This document shows, piece after piece, positions 37,354 to 47,505 of a stretch of 64,000 nucleotides of DNA. The position numbers and the translations under genes were made by a program. Location: IMG/VR virus record IMGVR_UViG_3300012988_000001, positions 302,161 through 366,160 of that record, one strand, 5' to 3'. Under the pieces are notes generated by a model. That model made no database searches, was not told where the DNA came from, and saw only the letters and a list, made by a program, of their open reading frames with translations. The first letter of the stretch is position 1. Each line of letters opens with the position of its first letter.

Positions 37354-37551
37354 ATGCGTGATTCGCTTGCTTTCTTCCTCGGTTATGTAGTATCATTACT
37401 TGTAGCCGCAGGAATCTATATGTACAATGTTTGGGATAGTTTATATCCATCCCTATGTAATTTGTTCTGGGGTGATGTAGTAATAGTAGCATTTGGGTGT
37501 GCTATACCCGCAATGCTGACGATGCTTGTGAACGTTATAATTAAGGATTAA
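37354..37551 (+). CDS. small membrane protein
   Basis: two hydrophobic segments, AGGAG SD. Confidence 0.7.
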   Translation: MRDSLAFFLGYVVSLLVAAGIYMYNVWDSLYPSLCNLFWGDVVIVAFGCAIPAMLTMLVNVIIKD

Positions 37552-37883
37552 CATGAAATACTTGATTTATTGGGTGATCTTGTTTATAATGTTCTTCTTG
37601 GTGGTTGGTGGTATGTACAGTGCCGCTGGAGTACCAACCAACATTGAAGTACTGTTCTATCAAGCACTAGGTTTTTCATCTTCTGTTACTCTACTAAGGT
37701 GGTGCTGTGAATGAAATACTTGACTTCTTTTGCTGTGTGTTTTATAATTACTTTCATCGGTTGTGCTTTGATTGTTAAAACAACTGGTGATATCGATGGG
37801 TTTGTCTTGACAATGTTGTTGGGGCAATCTACAATAGCTGGATTAATGTGCGTACTGTTACGGTACTGCGTGGAGAATAAAGA

Positions 37884-38252
37884 ATGAAACGTTTAGCATT
37901 AGCAGTACTTTGTTTAGTAGGCTTCAGTACTTCAGCTTATGCAGAGAAACTTCTCTGTGTAGATAAAAAGCACCAGCCACACAGCGTAGAATTTATTGGC
38001 GACAATATTGACTTTGTGTTCGTGGATAATGTACAATACACTTACACTGGTGAGTCAAAGGATGGGAAGACCATTCAGTACTCAAACGATAAGCACCATG
38101 TCAAGTTCTTAGTTGATCCTGACAACCGCGATTGGTTCTTCCTTGTCCAAACAACAAAAGGGAAAAAAGAAGTTGAAAAATTCTATGCGTTGTGCGATAA
38201 TGTTCACGTTGTAGAAGAAGAACCACAACCTAAACTAGTTCTAAACAAATAA
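37884..38252 (+). CDS. secreted hypothetical protein
   Basis: signal peptide (SAYA). Confidence 0.8.
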   Translation: MKRLALAVLCLVGFSTSAYAEKLLCVDKKHQPHSVEFIGDNIDFVFVDNVQYTYTGESKDGKTIQYSNDKHHVKFLVDPDNRDWFFLVQTTKGKKEVEKFYALCDNVHVVEEEPQPKLVLNK

Positions 38253-38261
38253 GGAAAACAA

Positions 38262-38579
38262 ATGACAATTCTTTCTATCGCTTTGTACGTAATGGTAATC
38301 TGCATGGGTATTTGCTACTTCTCTAAGAACGAAGCACTAAACCACGATTACTTCAATCTCGATGAAGCAGTAAGTAAACCTGTTCGCTTCACTGGTTATG
38401 CAGCAATTGCGTTCTTCGTCGTGTGGATTGCATCTATTCTTATCGTGCCACTCGTTGTAGTACTACCAATCTTGAAGATTGCAATTGTTGTACTAACTTG
38501 GTGGTGGTTGATCGAAACTGTACAGAAGGGTAATGTTCGTGTATGGTTCCAAGACGCCAAAGAGTACTTCAATAAGTAA
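38262..38579 (+). CDS. membrane protein
   Basis: three hydrophobic segments. Confidence 0.75.
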   Translation: MTILSIALYVMVICMGICYFSKNEALNHDYFNLDEAVSKPVRFTGYAAIAFFVVWIASILIVPLVVVLPILKIAIVVLTWWWLIETVQKGNVRVWFQDAKEYFNK

Positions 38580-38635
38580 TACATTTGGGCTGTGAAAGCA
38601 GCCCATTTTAATTTAATACAAAAGGAGTTTTCCAA

Positions 38636-38971
38636 ATGGTAATGTTCTTTATGATCCCAATGTTCCTCTATATGTTAACTTTCATCGCAGGTTCCATTAT
38701 TACTGCTTTTGGTGGCAAATGTATTGCAGAGTTAGTACAAGTGGATCTAAGTAATTCTTTGGCTACTAAATTATTCATGGGCTGTCTTGCGGTATTCATT
38801 GTCATCGCAGTATACGCAGGTGTAACAGGTGCAAAACCCGAAGGTGGTGTATTCATCTTTGAGGTGGCTAAACTTTCCTTCTTCGGTATGATCGCAGCGT
38901 CTTGGTACTGGTTGTATGAATGCTATCGCGAAGGTGTTTACGGTAAAATCGTCCAGCTTCTAAAGAATTAA
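38636..38971 (+). CDS. membrane protein
   Basis: three hydrophobic segments; C-terminus resembles upstream gene. Confidence 0.75.
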   Translation: MVMFFMIPMFLYMLTFIAGSIITAFGGKCIAELVQVDLSNSLATKLFMGCLAVFIVIAVYAGVTGAKPEGGVFIFEVAKLSFFGMIAASWYWLYECYREGVYGKIVQLLKN

Positions 38972-39011
38972 AAATAAAGGGTTGACTTCGGTCAGCCCTT
39001 TTTGCTATAAT
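38972..39011 (+). promoter_or_regulatory. class I terminator/promoter repeat
   Basis: TTGACT-N18-TATAAT inside hairpin. Confidence 0.85.
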
Positions 39012-39038
39012 AATCCCATATTATTAAGGGAAAGAAAG

Positions 39039-40571
39039 ATGCGTACACAAGCTAAAGCTGAAATTGAAGTACTTCAACGTTGTAAAGAATTAGGTTATAC
39101 ATGTTCAGCATTTGAATACATCGGTGTTGATAAGACAATGCTTCCTCTTACGTGTGATGCTGGTCATTCATGGAATACTACTTCATTCTATAGCTTTATC
39201 AGGATGCAAACTAAGTGTCGCATATGTCGTGGAAAAGCACGTGTTACACAGGAATCATCTGAGGCTAAGGTATCAGCTACGTGCATTGAACGTAACTATA
39301 CGTTTAAGCCTTTTAAGTACATTGGTGTTGATGACACTAAAATTGAACTTACTTGTAAAGATGGTCACGATTTCACAACAACATATTACCGACTGATCTG
39401 TACTCCTACTGGCTGTCCATCTTGTGCAGAACTAAATCGCAGTTCTCGTAGGAAGATGAAACCGGAAACTATTAAACGTCGCATTGAGGAAGTCTGCAAT
39501 GAACGTGGTTTTTCATTGGTGTCCGATTACGAGTACACTACTGCTATTAAAACCAAACTGCATCTTAAATGCACAAAGGATCATACGTGGATAACTACAT
39601 TTAACACATTGGTTAATGGTAAAAGTGGTTGCCCTGATTGTGGTGGTTCAAAGAAGAAATCCCACTCTGCGGTAGTGGTTGATATTGAGAATCGTTGTAC
39701 TGATCTTAACTATACTTTCATTAGTAAAGATAAGTTTGATTACAAAAATGTATACACACGTATTGATTTGAAGTGCCATTGTGGTAATGTGTGGAATACA
39801 ACATGTCAGGTCTTTCTTGGCGTTGGTAGTGGCTGTCCGAAGTGTGCAAACTGCCAGAGGCTGACACAAGAAGAAGCCACTGAATTAGTCGCGAAAGCGT
39901 GTAAAGAACTCGGCAACTATAAGTTTGAACAGTTTGATTACATTGGAAATAAAAACACTAAGGTAACTATTACATGTCCTAAGAAACATACTTGGACAAA
40001 GCCATTTAACCAAATAACAAGCTCTCGTAATAATGCAGGGTGTGTAATCTGTGCTGGTCAAGTGGTAACGCAAAAAGAAGCCGAAGCGAAAGTTCAAGAC
40101 GCATGTAATCGTACTGGATATACAGTTGAGAAGTTCGTGTACAAGAATAGTAGGACACGTCTTAGTCTTAATTGCACCTGTGGGTATAGCTGGAAAGTAA
40201 CATACGCTAACTATGTTTATCATGGTCGTGGTTGTCCGGGTTGTAGTGGTCGTAACCAAACATATGCGTATATTAATGTCGTCACTGATGACGATTTACC
40301 AATAGCATTGAAGTACGGTATTGAAAAGAATGCGGGGAGTCGCCACCAGCAACAATCATTGAAGTCTGTATTTGACGTACATCCTTATCTGGTCTTTAAA
40401 TTCAAAAGTGCAGAGAGTTGTAAAGCGGCAGAACGTAAATGCAAAAGTACCTTTGGAAAAGGCATCCTAACACGTTCGGAAATGCGTGACGGATACACTG
40501 AAACAACTGGCACACAAAACCTTGAAAAGATTATCGAGATCTATAAAAGTTTTGGTGGAGAAAAAATGTAA
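39039..40571 (+). CDS. free-standing homing endonuclease with six Zn-finger-like repeats and C-terminal GIY-YIG-like domain
   Basis: six C..GHxWxTT......GCPxC-type repeats; YAYINV...KYGI....R.QQQ terminal domain. Confidence 0.75.
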   Translation: MRTQAKAEIEVLQRCKELGYTCSAFEYIGVDKTMLPLTCDAGHSWNTTSFYSFIRMQTKCRICRGKARVTQESSEAKVSATCIERNYTFKPFKYIGVDDTKIELTCKDGHDFTTTYYRLICTPTGCPSCAELNRSSRRKMKPETIKRRIEEVCNERGFSLVSDYEYTTAIKTKLHLKCTKDHTWITTFNTLVNGKSGCPDCGGSKKKSHSAVVVDIENRCTDLNYTFISKDKFDYKNVYTRIDLKCHCGNVWNTTCQVFLGVGSGCPKCANCQRLTQEEATELVAKACKELGNYKFEQFDYIGNKNTKVTITCPKKHTWTKPFNQITSSRNNAGCVICAGQVVTQKEAEAKVQDACNRTGYTVEKFVYKNSRTRLSLNCTCGYSWKVTYANYVYHGRGCPGCSGRNQTYAYINVVTDDDLPIALKYGIEKNAGSRHQQQSLKSVFDVHPYLVFKFKSAESCKAAERKCKSTFGKGILTRSEMRDGYTETTGTQNLEKIIEIYKSFGGEKM

Positions 40572-40609
40572 GAAATGGGTTGACTTCGGTCAGCCCTTTT
40601 TGGTATCAT
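40572..40609 (+). promoter_or_regulatory. class I terminator/promoter repeat
   Basis: GGGTTGACTTCGGTCAGCCCTTTT..TATCAT. Confidence 0.85.
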
Positions 40610-40639
40610 ATGTACACACCAACTGATGAGGATTAAGCA

Positions 40640-41056
40640 ATGTCCAACGTATCGTTCAAAGTCACCGAATTCGATCCAAACCGTATCCACCGTGATATGT
40701 TCGAAACCAAGAAAGCATATGAGTACTTCCTGATCGGATTCTATGCCGCTCGCGAGTTACAAATACTGAAGGACGCTGGGCATGTTATTCTTGATGATGG
40801 TGAACCATTTGATAATCGCTACAACTTCCACATCAACTTCGATGAAGATAATGGGAAGTTATCTATGCCCCGCCTCGGTCCATATCGCAGGGGTGGTATG
40901 ACGATGTGGCTTGGTGCAACGATGGGTAACGTTCCTAACACTATCTTTGTGTACAAGTCAGAACTGAATGATGCCTTTGGAAAGATTACTCACTTCAAAC
41001 CACAAGAAGTGCAGAAATTTAACGTCAAAAGCATTGACGAATATCTTGGTCGGTAG
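40640..41056 (+). CDS. hypothetical protein
   Basis: GAGG SD. Confidence 0.8.
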   Translation: MSNVSFKVTEFDPNRIHRDMFETKKAYEYFLIGFYAARELQILKDAGHVILDDGEPFDNRYNFHINFDEDNGKLSMPRLGPYRRGGMTMWLGATMGNVPNTIFVYKSELNDAFGKITHFKPQEVQKFNVKSIDEYLGR

Positions 41057-41091
41057 TATAATACCTGTACTTTAATTAAGAGGGTAACGAA

Positions 41092-41322
41092 ATGTTTGAA
41101 GAAGATATGCAACATCTTCCACCAGTACTTCAAGAAACACTTGCTAGTATTGAAAAAATGGGTAAGAAAGAACTTAAAGAGTTCGCAAAGAGCGTTCTCC
41201 TTAATCTCGCTGACCTGCTCGAAAAACATGAACAGCTTCAGAAACAATACAATCGCCAATCCCAAGACTACCTCTCACGTTGTCGTAGCTCTGGTGGCGT
41301 AACACTACCACCGGGGGTTTAA
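41092..41322 (+). CDS. hypothetical protein
   Basis: GAGG SD. Confidence 0.7.
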   Translation: MFEEDMQHLPPVLQETLASIEKMGKKELKEFAKSVLLNLADLLEKHEQLQKQYNRQSQDYLSRCRSSGGVTLPPGV

Positions 41323-41323
41323 T

Positions 41324-41632
41324 ATGGCTGAACTAATCAATCAGGTGTATTATGTTGTAACTGTTCTTCTATGCTGTTATAGTACAATCGGTATGCTATT
41401 GACCTTCTTCAAGAAAGACAGCTTGCGTTATAAATGGAAGATGAAGTTGAGTGGCAAAGATTACTTACTACTATCAGCATATACATATTTGTTCTTTATT
41501 ATGGGCTTAATAGACACCCAAGACGGGTATTCAATTGGTGTGTTAGCGGTAGCGTTCTTATCATGCGTTGCTGTTGTAGTTGCCTTAATATATGCCATTT
41601 ACAAATGGCATACTAATTTACAATCATCATAG
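41324..41632 (+). CDS. membrane protein, paralogue trio
   Basis: 3 TM; FFKK after first TM. Confidence 0.75.
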   Translation: MAELINQVYYVVTVLLCCYSTIGMLLTFFKKDSLRYKWKMKLSGKDYLLLSAYTYLFFIMGLIDTQDGYSIGVLAVAFLSCVAVVVALIYAIYKWHTNLQSS

Positions 41633-41640
41633 GGGGTATA

Positions 41641-41970
41641 ATGCCTACTATCATCAATAACCTAGTTTTTGTTTTACACGTCATTTTAGCAATGGCAATT
41701 GTATTTGTTTGGCTAGGTAATTTCTTTAAAAAGCGTACACTGTTGGAAAAATACGGATTATATGGTGATACTCCTATTTTTATATCAATTGTTGTAGCTG
41801 CGTTTGATACTTTGTTGATATGCACCGATTTCATGTATGCATATTACGATAGTCAACGCTTAGGATATACTTTAGGTAGCATTGTCACTGGTATTTTGTT
41901 AGCTGGAATTGCAGTCTTTGCAATCTTAGTGTACTTATGTGTATTGCAAACAAAAATTAAAGAAACATAA
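41641..41970 (+). CDS. membrane protein, paralogue trio
   Basis: FFKKRTLLEKYGLYGD. Confidence 0.75.
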   Translation: MPTIINNLVFVLHVILAMAIVFVWLGNFFKKRTLLEKYGLYGDTPIFISIVVAAFDTLLICTDFMYAYYDSQRLGYTLGSIVTGILLAGIAVFAILVYLCVLQTKIKET

Positions 41971-41979
41971 GGGGTTGTT

Positions 41980-42312
41980 ATGGATATTTTAGTATGGGTA
42001 GTGAACGTATTCGTCATGGGGAGTTCAGGAATCATAGCTACTATCATGTTTGTAGTGTACCTCCTAAACCTTTTCAAGAAGCGTTCAGTACTAGAAAGTT
42101 GGGGGATGTACGGTGATGATGAACGTCTTGCGTCATTCTGGGGTGGCGTAGTATCAGCAATATTCTGTTTGTTAGGTTTGGTTCAGGATGATAAAGATTT
42201 CTATGGACTTTCAGTTGGTGCGGGGATACTATTGTTACTCATAGCATTCGTGTTGTTCGTGATGATTTGTGAATTTATCGGTTCGTGGTTTAAAAATCTA
42301 CCGGAGAGCTAA
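41980..42312 (+). CDS. membrane protein, paralogue trio
   Basis: LFKKRSVLESWGMYGD. Confidence 0.75.
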   Translation: MDILVWVVNVFVMGSSGIIATIMFVVYLLNLFKKRSVLESWGMYGDDERLASFWGGVVSAIFCLLGLVQDDKDFYGLSVGAGILLLLIAFVLFVMICEFIGSWFKNLPES

Positions 42313-42313
42313 G

Positions 42314-42643
42314 ATGAAAGAATATGTTGGTGTACTAGTTTGGGCATTAGCAACAATTCTGCTTGCTATCGCATTAACTTACGGGTATAATAAATCACGT
42401 GAAGTAGAGATGACTAAAGAATATCGCTGCTACTTGAACATCGAAAAGAAAGAAGGTTGGTATGAAGGCATGACTCGCCTTACTAAAACACGGGGTGAAT
42501 TGGAAATGCTAACTCCGGGTGCAGATCTAGAAGGTTATACCGTCAGCCGACAAGAACTTAACAATACAAGTGCTGATATCTACCTCGATGAAGTAGATAA
42601 CCCAACACTAGAACCAAGTAAAATGACATGTTTTAGTTCATAG
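42314..42643 (+). CDS. membrane-anchored hypothetical protein
   Basis: GGAG SD, N-terminal TM. Confidence 0.75.
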   Translation: MKEYVGVLVWALATILLAIALTYGYNKSREVEMTKEYRCYLNIEKKEGWYEGMTRLTKTRGELEMLTPGADLEGYTVSRQELNNTSADIYLDEVDNPTLEPSKMTCFSS

Positions 42644-42651
42644 GGAGCTAT

Positions 42652-42969
42652 ATGAATTTCAGTACAGTAACAAAGAGTGGTGTCTTCCAGTTCGTTCAGA
42701 AAGACAAAACAAAGAAGATTGTAGTGCCAGAAGTTGAGTACCAAATCGTTGAAGCATTCAATACTCGCTACGCGAAGGATGGTATTAAACTCTGTGCCTA
42801 CTCTCCAAACTTACCACTGGCTTTCATGATTGTAGCGGAAACTCGCTATAACAGTGAAAATACTGATAAGCGTGACCATCCAGATTACAGTGCTTTAATC
42901 TTAAGTACTGGTTATTTGAACAGTATCGCTGATGGTTTTGACTTGAAGTGTACACGTAAAGGTACTTAA
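42652..42969 (+). CDS. hypothetical protein
   Basis: GGGAG SD. Confidence 0.75.
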   Translation: MNFSTVTKSGVFQFVQKDKTKKIVVPEVEYQIVEAFNTRYAKDGIKLCAYSPNLPLAFMIVAETRYNSENTDKRDHPDYSALILSTGYLNSIADGFDLKCTRKGT

Positions 42970-42970
42970 T

Positions 42971-43165
42971 ATGATGCTATTGTGCTCTAAAACGTTCTGG
43001 ATTTCATTTGTAGTTTTCTCACTTCTCGGTTTTGGTTTGGATATTATAATGGAGTGGAATGAATTAGGCACATACTTCTATGAAACGCCGTGGTATATCA
43101 AGTTAACACCATGTTATGTGTCGTTTTTTGTGTCCTTCCTTGTATTCATTTTCGCAGAGGATTAG
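42971..43165 (+). CDS. small membrane protein, paralogue of 43176..43394
   Basis: EWNELG.YFY...WY. Confidence 0.7.
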   Translation: MMLLCSKTFWISFVVFSLLGFGLDIIMEWNELGTYFYETPWYIKLTPCYVSFFVSFLVFIFAED

Positions 43166-43175
43166 GGGGGAGAGT

Positions 43176-43394
43176 ATGGAAAGCAAAGGCGTTTTACTTA
43201 CATTGCCTTTTGTTATTCAGTTTGTGTTGTACAACGTGGCTGGTTATGGTATAATCATTTACATTGAGTGGGGCGAGCTAGGCAAGTTCTACGACAACTT
43301 TGAATGGTACGAACTTTTGGTTCCATGTGCTCTAGCTACTTTGGTATCAATGTTCAGTACTTCATTAATGCTAACAATCGACGGAGATTGGTAA
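43176..43394 (+). CDS. small membrane protein
   Basis: EWGELGKFY...WY. Confidence 0.7.
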   Translation: MESKGVLLTLPFVIQFVLYNVAGYGIIIYIEWGELGKFYDNFEWYELLVPCALATLVSMFSTSLMLTIDGDW

Positions 43395-43395
43395 T

Positions 43396-43716
43396 ATGAA
43401 ACGCATCGCAATGGTAGGTATCGCAATTGGTTTGGCTCTGAGTGCTTCTGTAGCACAGGCCGATGAACTCGATCAACCTATGTGTAAGGTTCGTATCTGT
43501 AACAAGATTGAACGCTTCTCACTTGATATCTTTGCTCATATGAAAGACTCTATGGGTGAAGTATGTGATACCGTCATCATGCCTAAGTCAGAATTAGGTA
43601 CTGGTGTAGGTCAAGAACTATCATCCGAATCGCGTTGGTGGCAGGGTAGTAGTATTAACCCAACTAAGAGGTCGGTAACTCGTATCGACCAAATCATTCG
43701 TTGTCAAGGGGAATAA
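43396..43716 (+). CDS. secreted hypothetical protein
   Basis: signal peptide (VAQA), four Cys. Confidence 0.8.
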   Translation: MKRIAMVGIAIGLALSASVAQADELDQPMCKVRICNKIERFSLDIFAHMKDSMGEVCDTVIMPKSELGTGVGQELSSESRWWQGSSINPTKRSVTRIDQIIRCQGE

Positions 43717-43718
43717 TT

Positions 43719-43931
43719 ATGCTAAAAGAAATTCTGTATTTTGATGAAGGTTTGACAGTTAAAGAACTGAAAGAAATCATCAAAGACTGGCCTGATGAAC
43801 GTGCAGACGGAACACCCACCGAAGTATGGTTGGCAAACGCAGCAGGTGTTAGCAACCTAGCAGTTGAAGTGAGCGATCTCAATCGTGATGATGAAAATGT
43901 AGGTGATCTAATTCTATCGCACGGTTGGTAA
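43719..43931 (+). CDS. hypothetical protein
   Basis: LTVKELKEIIKDWP...EVW. Confidence 0.75.
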   Translation: MLKEILYFDEGLTVKELKEIIKDWPDERADGTPTEVWLANAAGVSNLAVEVSDLNRDDENVGDLILSHGW

Positions 43932-43971
43932 AATAAAAGGGTTGACTTCGGTCAGCCCTTTTTGCTATAAT
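43930..43971 (+). promoter_or_regulatory. class I terminator/promoter repeat
   Basis: TTGACT-N18-TATAAT. Confidence 0.85.
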
Positions 43972-43994
43972 GATACTTCAACGGGAGGAACACC

Positions 43995-44192
43995 ATGAAC
44001 AACATTATTCATTCTGCTCTTACTTTTGTAGTATCACAATTAATCGGAATCAGTATTATGCTGTATGGTTATACAGTATATCAAAGTACTGAAAAGTTCT
44101 GGCATTTCTTGATAATTAGTGCTGGTGGAATTATAATAGCTCTACTGTTTATTGAGGCAATGAATCGCTTTATTAAGGTAACACATGACTAA
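43995..44192 (+). CDS. small membrane protein
   Basis: GGAGG SD, two TM. Confidence 0.75.
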   Translation: MNNIIHSALTFVVSQLIGISIMLYGYTVYQSTEKFWHFLIISAGGIIIALLFIEAMNRFIKVTHD

Positions 44193-44826
44193 GAATGATA
44201 TCTTTCAATCCCTAATCAATATCCTACGTCCAGAAGATGTACGCCGTTATATGGAGTACAATATAGATTTAGCTCAACGTACTATCTACCCACAAGTGGA
44301 AGCGTTGGGATTAACTGTACTTGGAATGGGGATGTATGCTATTGTTGTCGAACACAAAGATTATCCGGGTCGTGCCTTTAAAGTTACTACGTCACGTTGG
44401 GATGGCTTCAGGACTTATGCTAAGTACTGTCAAGCTAACAAAGGTGCACCGTTTATTCCTAACGTTTATAGTATTAATGAACAGGGCAACTTTGGATGGT
44501 ACGAGCTTGATAAGTATTACCCTATCGTAAAGCCTTGTAATGGCTATGAGGCGTTTGTTAGTATTAAAGGTGAAGAGATGTATACCTACGCTCATGCAGG
44601 GCAGTACGCATCGTCCTGTGGCGTTCTAAGGGGTACACCTGAGCAGTTAGCCATCTATGAGTTAGCAAAAAGTATTGCTGATGAATTCGGAAAACGCTTT
44701 ACAACTGACATTCATACGGGTAATATAATGGTAGATTCAAATGGTGATGTGTTTATCACTGATCCATTAGGCGGCGACTTGCGTCGTGAGATTCCAGTTA
44801 CCGAAGATGATCCCACATTTGATTAA
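44185..44826 (+). CDS. T7 gp0.7-like Ser/Thr protein kinase
   Basis: LGMGMYAIV glycine loop, AFKV, IPNVY, DIHTGNIM catalytic loop, FITDP. Confidence 0.8.
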   Translation: MTKNDIFQSLINILRPEDVRRYMEYNIDLAQRTIYPQVEALGLTVLGMGMYAIVVEHKDYPGRAFKVTTSRWDGFRTYAKYCQANKGAPFIPNVYSINEQGNFGWYELDKYYPIVKPCNGYEAFVSIKGEEMYTYAHAGQYASSCGVLRGTPEQLAIYELAKSIADEFGKRFTTDIHTGNIMVDSNGDVFITDPLGGDLRREIPVTEDDPTFD

Positions 44827-44835
44827 GGAACTATT

Positions 44836-45048
44836 ATGAAAGGTTTGCATTTTAATGATGTATCTGTTATGATTATCGACGGTGATTATACGATTGAAGT
44901 ACTGAACAGTACCGGGGCAAAGAAAATGGTTGCTGTTTCAATCCGTGGTGCAATCGCTTTCACTGCTACGGATAAGTACGCAGTACCAGTACTGACAAGC
45001 TGCATCCCTATGCACATCTTAAAAACTGTTATTTCTTTTGTGGAGTAA
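44836..45048 (+). CDS. hypothetical protein
   Basis: AAGGA SD. Confidence 0.7.
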   Translation: MKGLHFNDVSVMIIDGDYTIEVLNSTGAKKMVAVSIRGAIAFTATDKYAVPVLTSCIPMHILKTVISFVE

Positions 45049-45214
45049 ATTATGAACATGAAACGTCATTTGTTAAAGAAAGCAATCTCCGATCTGTGCA
45101 CCATGCGTTGCCTGTACATGAAGAATCTGTACGAAGGGAACGACAACACCAAACTGGATGCAGAAATCACCAAACAGCAGAAGTACGTGGATGGTTTGGT
45201 TGATGAGGTGACTA

Positions 45215-45424
45215 ATGCGTAATGTATTATTCAGTACTAAAGACCCGGTAGGCGATTCTAGCAATCTAGTTCGTAACTTCTATAATCACGCTGGGCGTAA
45301 GACCCATCATGGTTCATGGGGTGGTGATAAACATACACGTAAGCTATTCCCACGTGGAAAGGCGTATGATCGTCTGTTTGAATTGCAATTGGATAGTTGG
45401 ATGAACAACTACGATTATTTCTAA
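45215..45424 (+). CDS. hypothetical protein
   Basis: GAGGTG SD. Confidence 0.65.
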   Translation: MRNVLFSTKDPVGDSSNLVRNFYNHAGRKTHHGSWGGDKHTRKLFPRGKAYDRLFELQLDSWMNNYDYF

Positions 45425-45433
45425 GAGGATATT

Positions 45434-45823
45434 ATGACTACACAACTAACTGAAGATGGCCCAATTACTGTACAAGTACTGTTTTCTTTTGTACAAGCCA
45501 CGAAAGACGAACTACCAGCACTGTTTGTTTGTACTGCTGAGTACTTAGAATACAACGAAGAAACCGACGATGATATCACACCTGAACAATTCCCTGATAT
45601 CTTTGAAGCTGGTGAACCAGAAGATGAAGATGATTGCATTTTCTACTACGTCAAAGGCTCTACACGCTTCCGCTTCTACGACATGGGCTATGGTACGTGG
45701 GGCATTGAAGAACTCAAAGACTGCGAGTATGATTGCGTAGGTGAGGTGGATGAGAAAGCACTCATGATGTTACTTGGTCAAGCTGGCCTCGTGAAAGATG
45801 ATTCATTGATTCAGTACTTCTAA
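45434..45823 (+). CDS. acidic hypothetical protein
   Basis: GAGG SD. Confidence 0.8.
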   Translation: MTTQLTEDGPITVQVLFSFVQATKDELPALFVCTAEYLEYNEETDDDITPEQFPDIFEAGEPEDEDDCIFYYVKGSTRFRFYDMGYGTWGIEELKDCEYDCVGEVDEKALMMLLGQAGLVKDDSLIQYF

Positions 45824-45861
45824 AATAAAGGGTTGACTTCGGTCAGCCCTTTTGCTATTAT
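45822..45861 (+). promoter_or_regulatory. class I terminator/promoter repeat
   Basis: TTGACT-N17-TATTAT. Confidence 0.85.
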
Positions 45862-45887
45862 AGACATAACGAAACACATTAAGGAAA

Positions 45888-46229
45888 TTGAAGATGCCTA
45901 CTATCACTAGCAACAAAACTGAAAAGTATGATGAGTGGAACAGCTTACACCAAAAGACTCAATATTGGATCAAAGACGTACCTGATTCCGAATTGTCTAA
46001 AGGTTTAGTAAAGCGTTGTATTTCATATGCTATGAAACGCATGGAGAAATTTCCACTTGATCATTCTAAAGTACTGAACATTCACGTATCAAAGAATGAC
46101 TCGGACTTTATCACTGTATCATTAAAAGGTGAGTTCGGTGCTATTAAGGTAGAAGGTATCATGATTGGTGCTGGTGGCTGGCCTTTCATCGACCACGGAA
46201 TTTCATACGATGAAAATGATGTAGCTTAG
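45888..46229 (+). CDS. hypothetical protein
   Basis: AAGGA SD. Confidence 0.7.
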   Translation: MKMPTITSNKTEKYDEWNSLHQKTQYWIKDVPDSELSKGLVKRCISYAMKRMEKFPLDHSKVLNIHVSKNDSDFITVSLKGEFGAIKVEGIMIGAGGWPFIDHGISYDENDVA

Positions 46230-46292
46230 TACTTGACAATATCTTTATACTTTGATATTATATCTGCATAGAAACGAAAGAGGATTAAGTAA

Positions 46293-46475
46293 ATGACATG
46301 TAAAGAATCGGTGGTTAATGCAATTGTTGCTCATGAGGTTTTACATCTAGTGCATTCAATTCCGGGTGTACATAACTTGCAATTCCTTCAAGCAGCAGTT
46401 GAACACCAAATTCAAACCGAAGAACGTTACGCTCACATTCGTAACTATATTAATCAAAATGAGGTACAGAAATGA
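46293..46475 (+). CDS. hypothetical protein
   Basis: GAGG SD after TTGACA promoter. Confidence 0.65.
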   Translation: MTCKESVVNAIVAHEVLHLVHSIPGVHNLQFLQAAVEHQIQTEERYAHIRNYINQNEVQK

Positions 46476-46699
46476 AATACGCATACACAGGTATCCACAA
46501 GTTCATCTCTCACAAAGATCGTCTGTACTTCATTTGTGAAGCTACTCTTGACGCAGCAACACAAGCTGAGTGGGCTGAAGATGTACTGAAACGTGCTAAC
46601 GTACAATTCGACAATGGTCGTTGGTCACATGAAGCAGCAGGGGAAATCCTTGACAAAGCTGAAGCAACTCTGTTAAACTATCTCGTAGTTACTGCTTAA
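46472..46699 (+). CDS. hypothetical protein
   Basis: GAGG SD, ATGA overlap. Confidence 0.75.
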   Translation: MKYAYTGIHKFISHKDRLYFICEATLDAATQAEWAEDVLKRANVQFDNGRWSHEAAGEILDKAEATLLNYLVVTA

Positions 46700-46980
46700 G
46701 GGGATAACCATGATTATCATCGGAACCGCGTACTGCATTGTCGGCGTAGTCTGTTTTTATCTGATTGCTCGCATGACAATTCAAAGCGACAAAGATACGT
46801 GTAAAACTCTTGATTGGTTAGAAGAGGAACTTAAGAAATGAAACTCTTGACTTGCGATGATTGTGGTGTTAAAATACCTGAAAATGAAGTACATCGCAAC
46901 GAAACCGCTTTTGGTGATGATGGTGATTATTGCCAAGATTGCTTTTATGAAAACCATTATGATTTTGGAGAAGACGAAGA

Positions 46981-47175
46981 ATGAAACTGAAACGTTATGA
47001 TCGCAATCGTATTATGGATTCACTGTATCGTGAAGAAACCAGCATCAAAGCAGTGAAAGCACATTTCGTATTGGGCTTTCGTATGCCAGCCCGTAAAGCT
47101 AAACAGCTTGCGGTTGACCTTCTGAACGAAGGTATTGAGTACTGGAACTCTGACGTAATGGATGATATCTACTAA
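46981..47175 (+). CDS. hypothetical protein
   Basis: packed operon. Confidence 0.65.
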   Translation: MKLKRYDRNRIMDSLYREETSIKAVKAHFVLGFRMPARKAKQLAVDLLNEGIEYWNSDVMDDIY

Positions 47176-47265
47176 TGGGTGACATTGGTGGATTCATCTT
47201 CAGCGTAATAGTAACTATCATTGCATGTGCGATAGCTTACTATTACTTACATATTCATCCAGAAG

Positions 47266-47505
47266 GTGCTTTCCATAAGTCCAAATCTGAAACTTGGAAA
47301 GAACACAAAAAGCCAGAAGCGGAGAAAAATGATGGAAAAGATTTTTGGGATTAGTATCGTTGGGATTGTAGTATCAATTGTACTAGGCGTACTTGGTCTA
47401 TTGATTAACCCATTACTTCCTTTAGCTGGTGCATTGTTCATTGTATCTTGTTTAGTACTGATCATCACTTTCTTCATTGAAGCTGCCATTTACTTATTGC
47501 GTTAA
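47266..47505 (+). CDS. small membrane protein
   Basis: two TM; true start probably the internal MMEK. Confidence 0.65.
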   Translation: MLSISPNLKLGKNTKSQKRRKMMEKIFGISIVGIVVSIVLGVLGLLINPLLPLAGALFIVSCLVLIITFFIEAAIYLLR

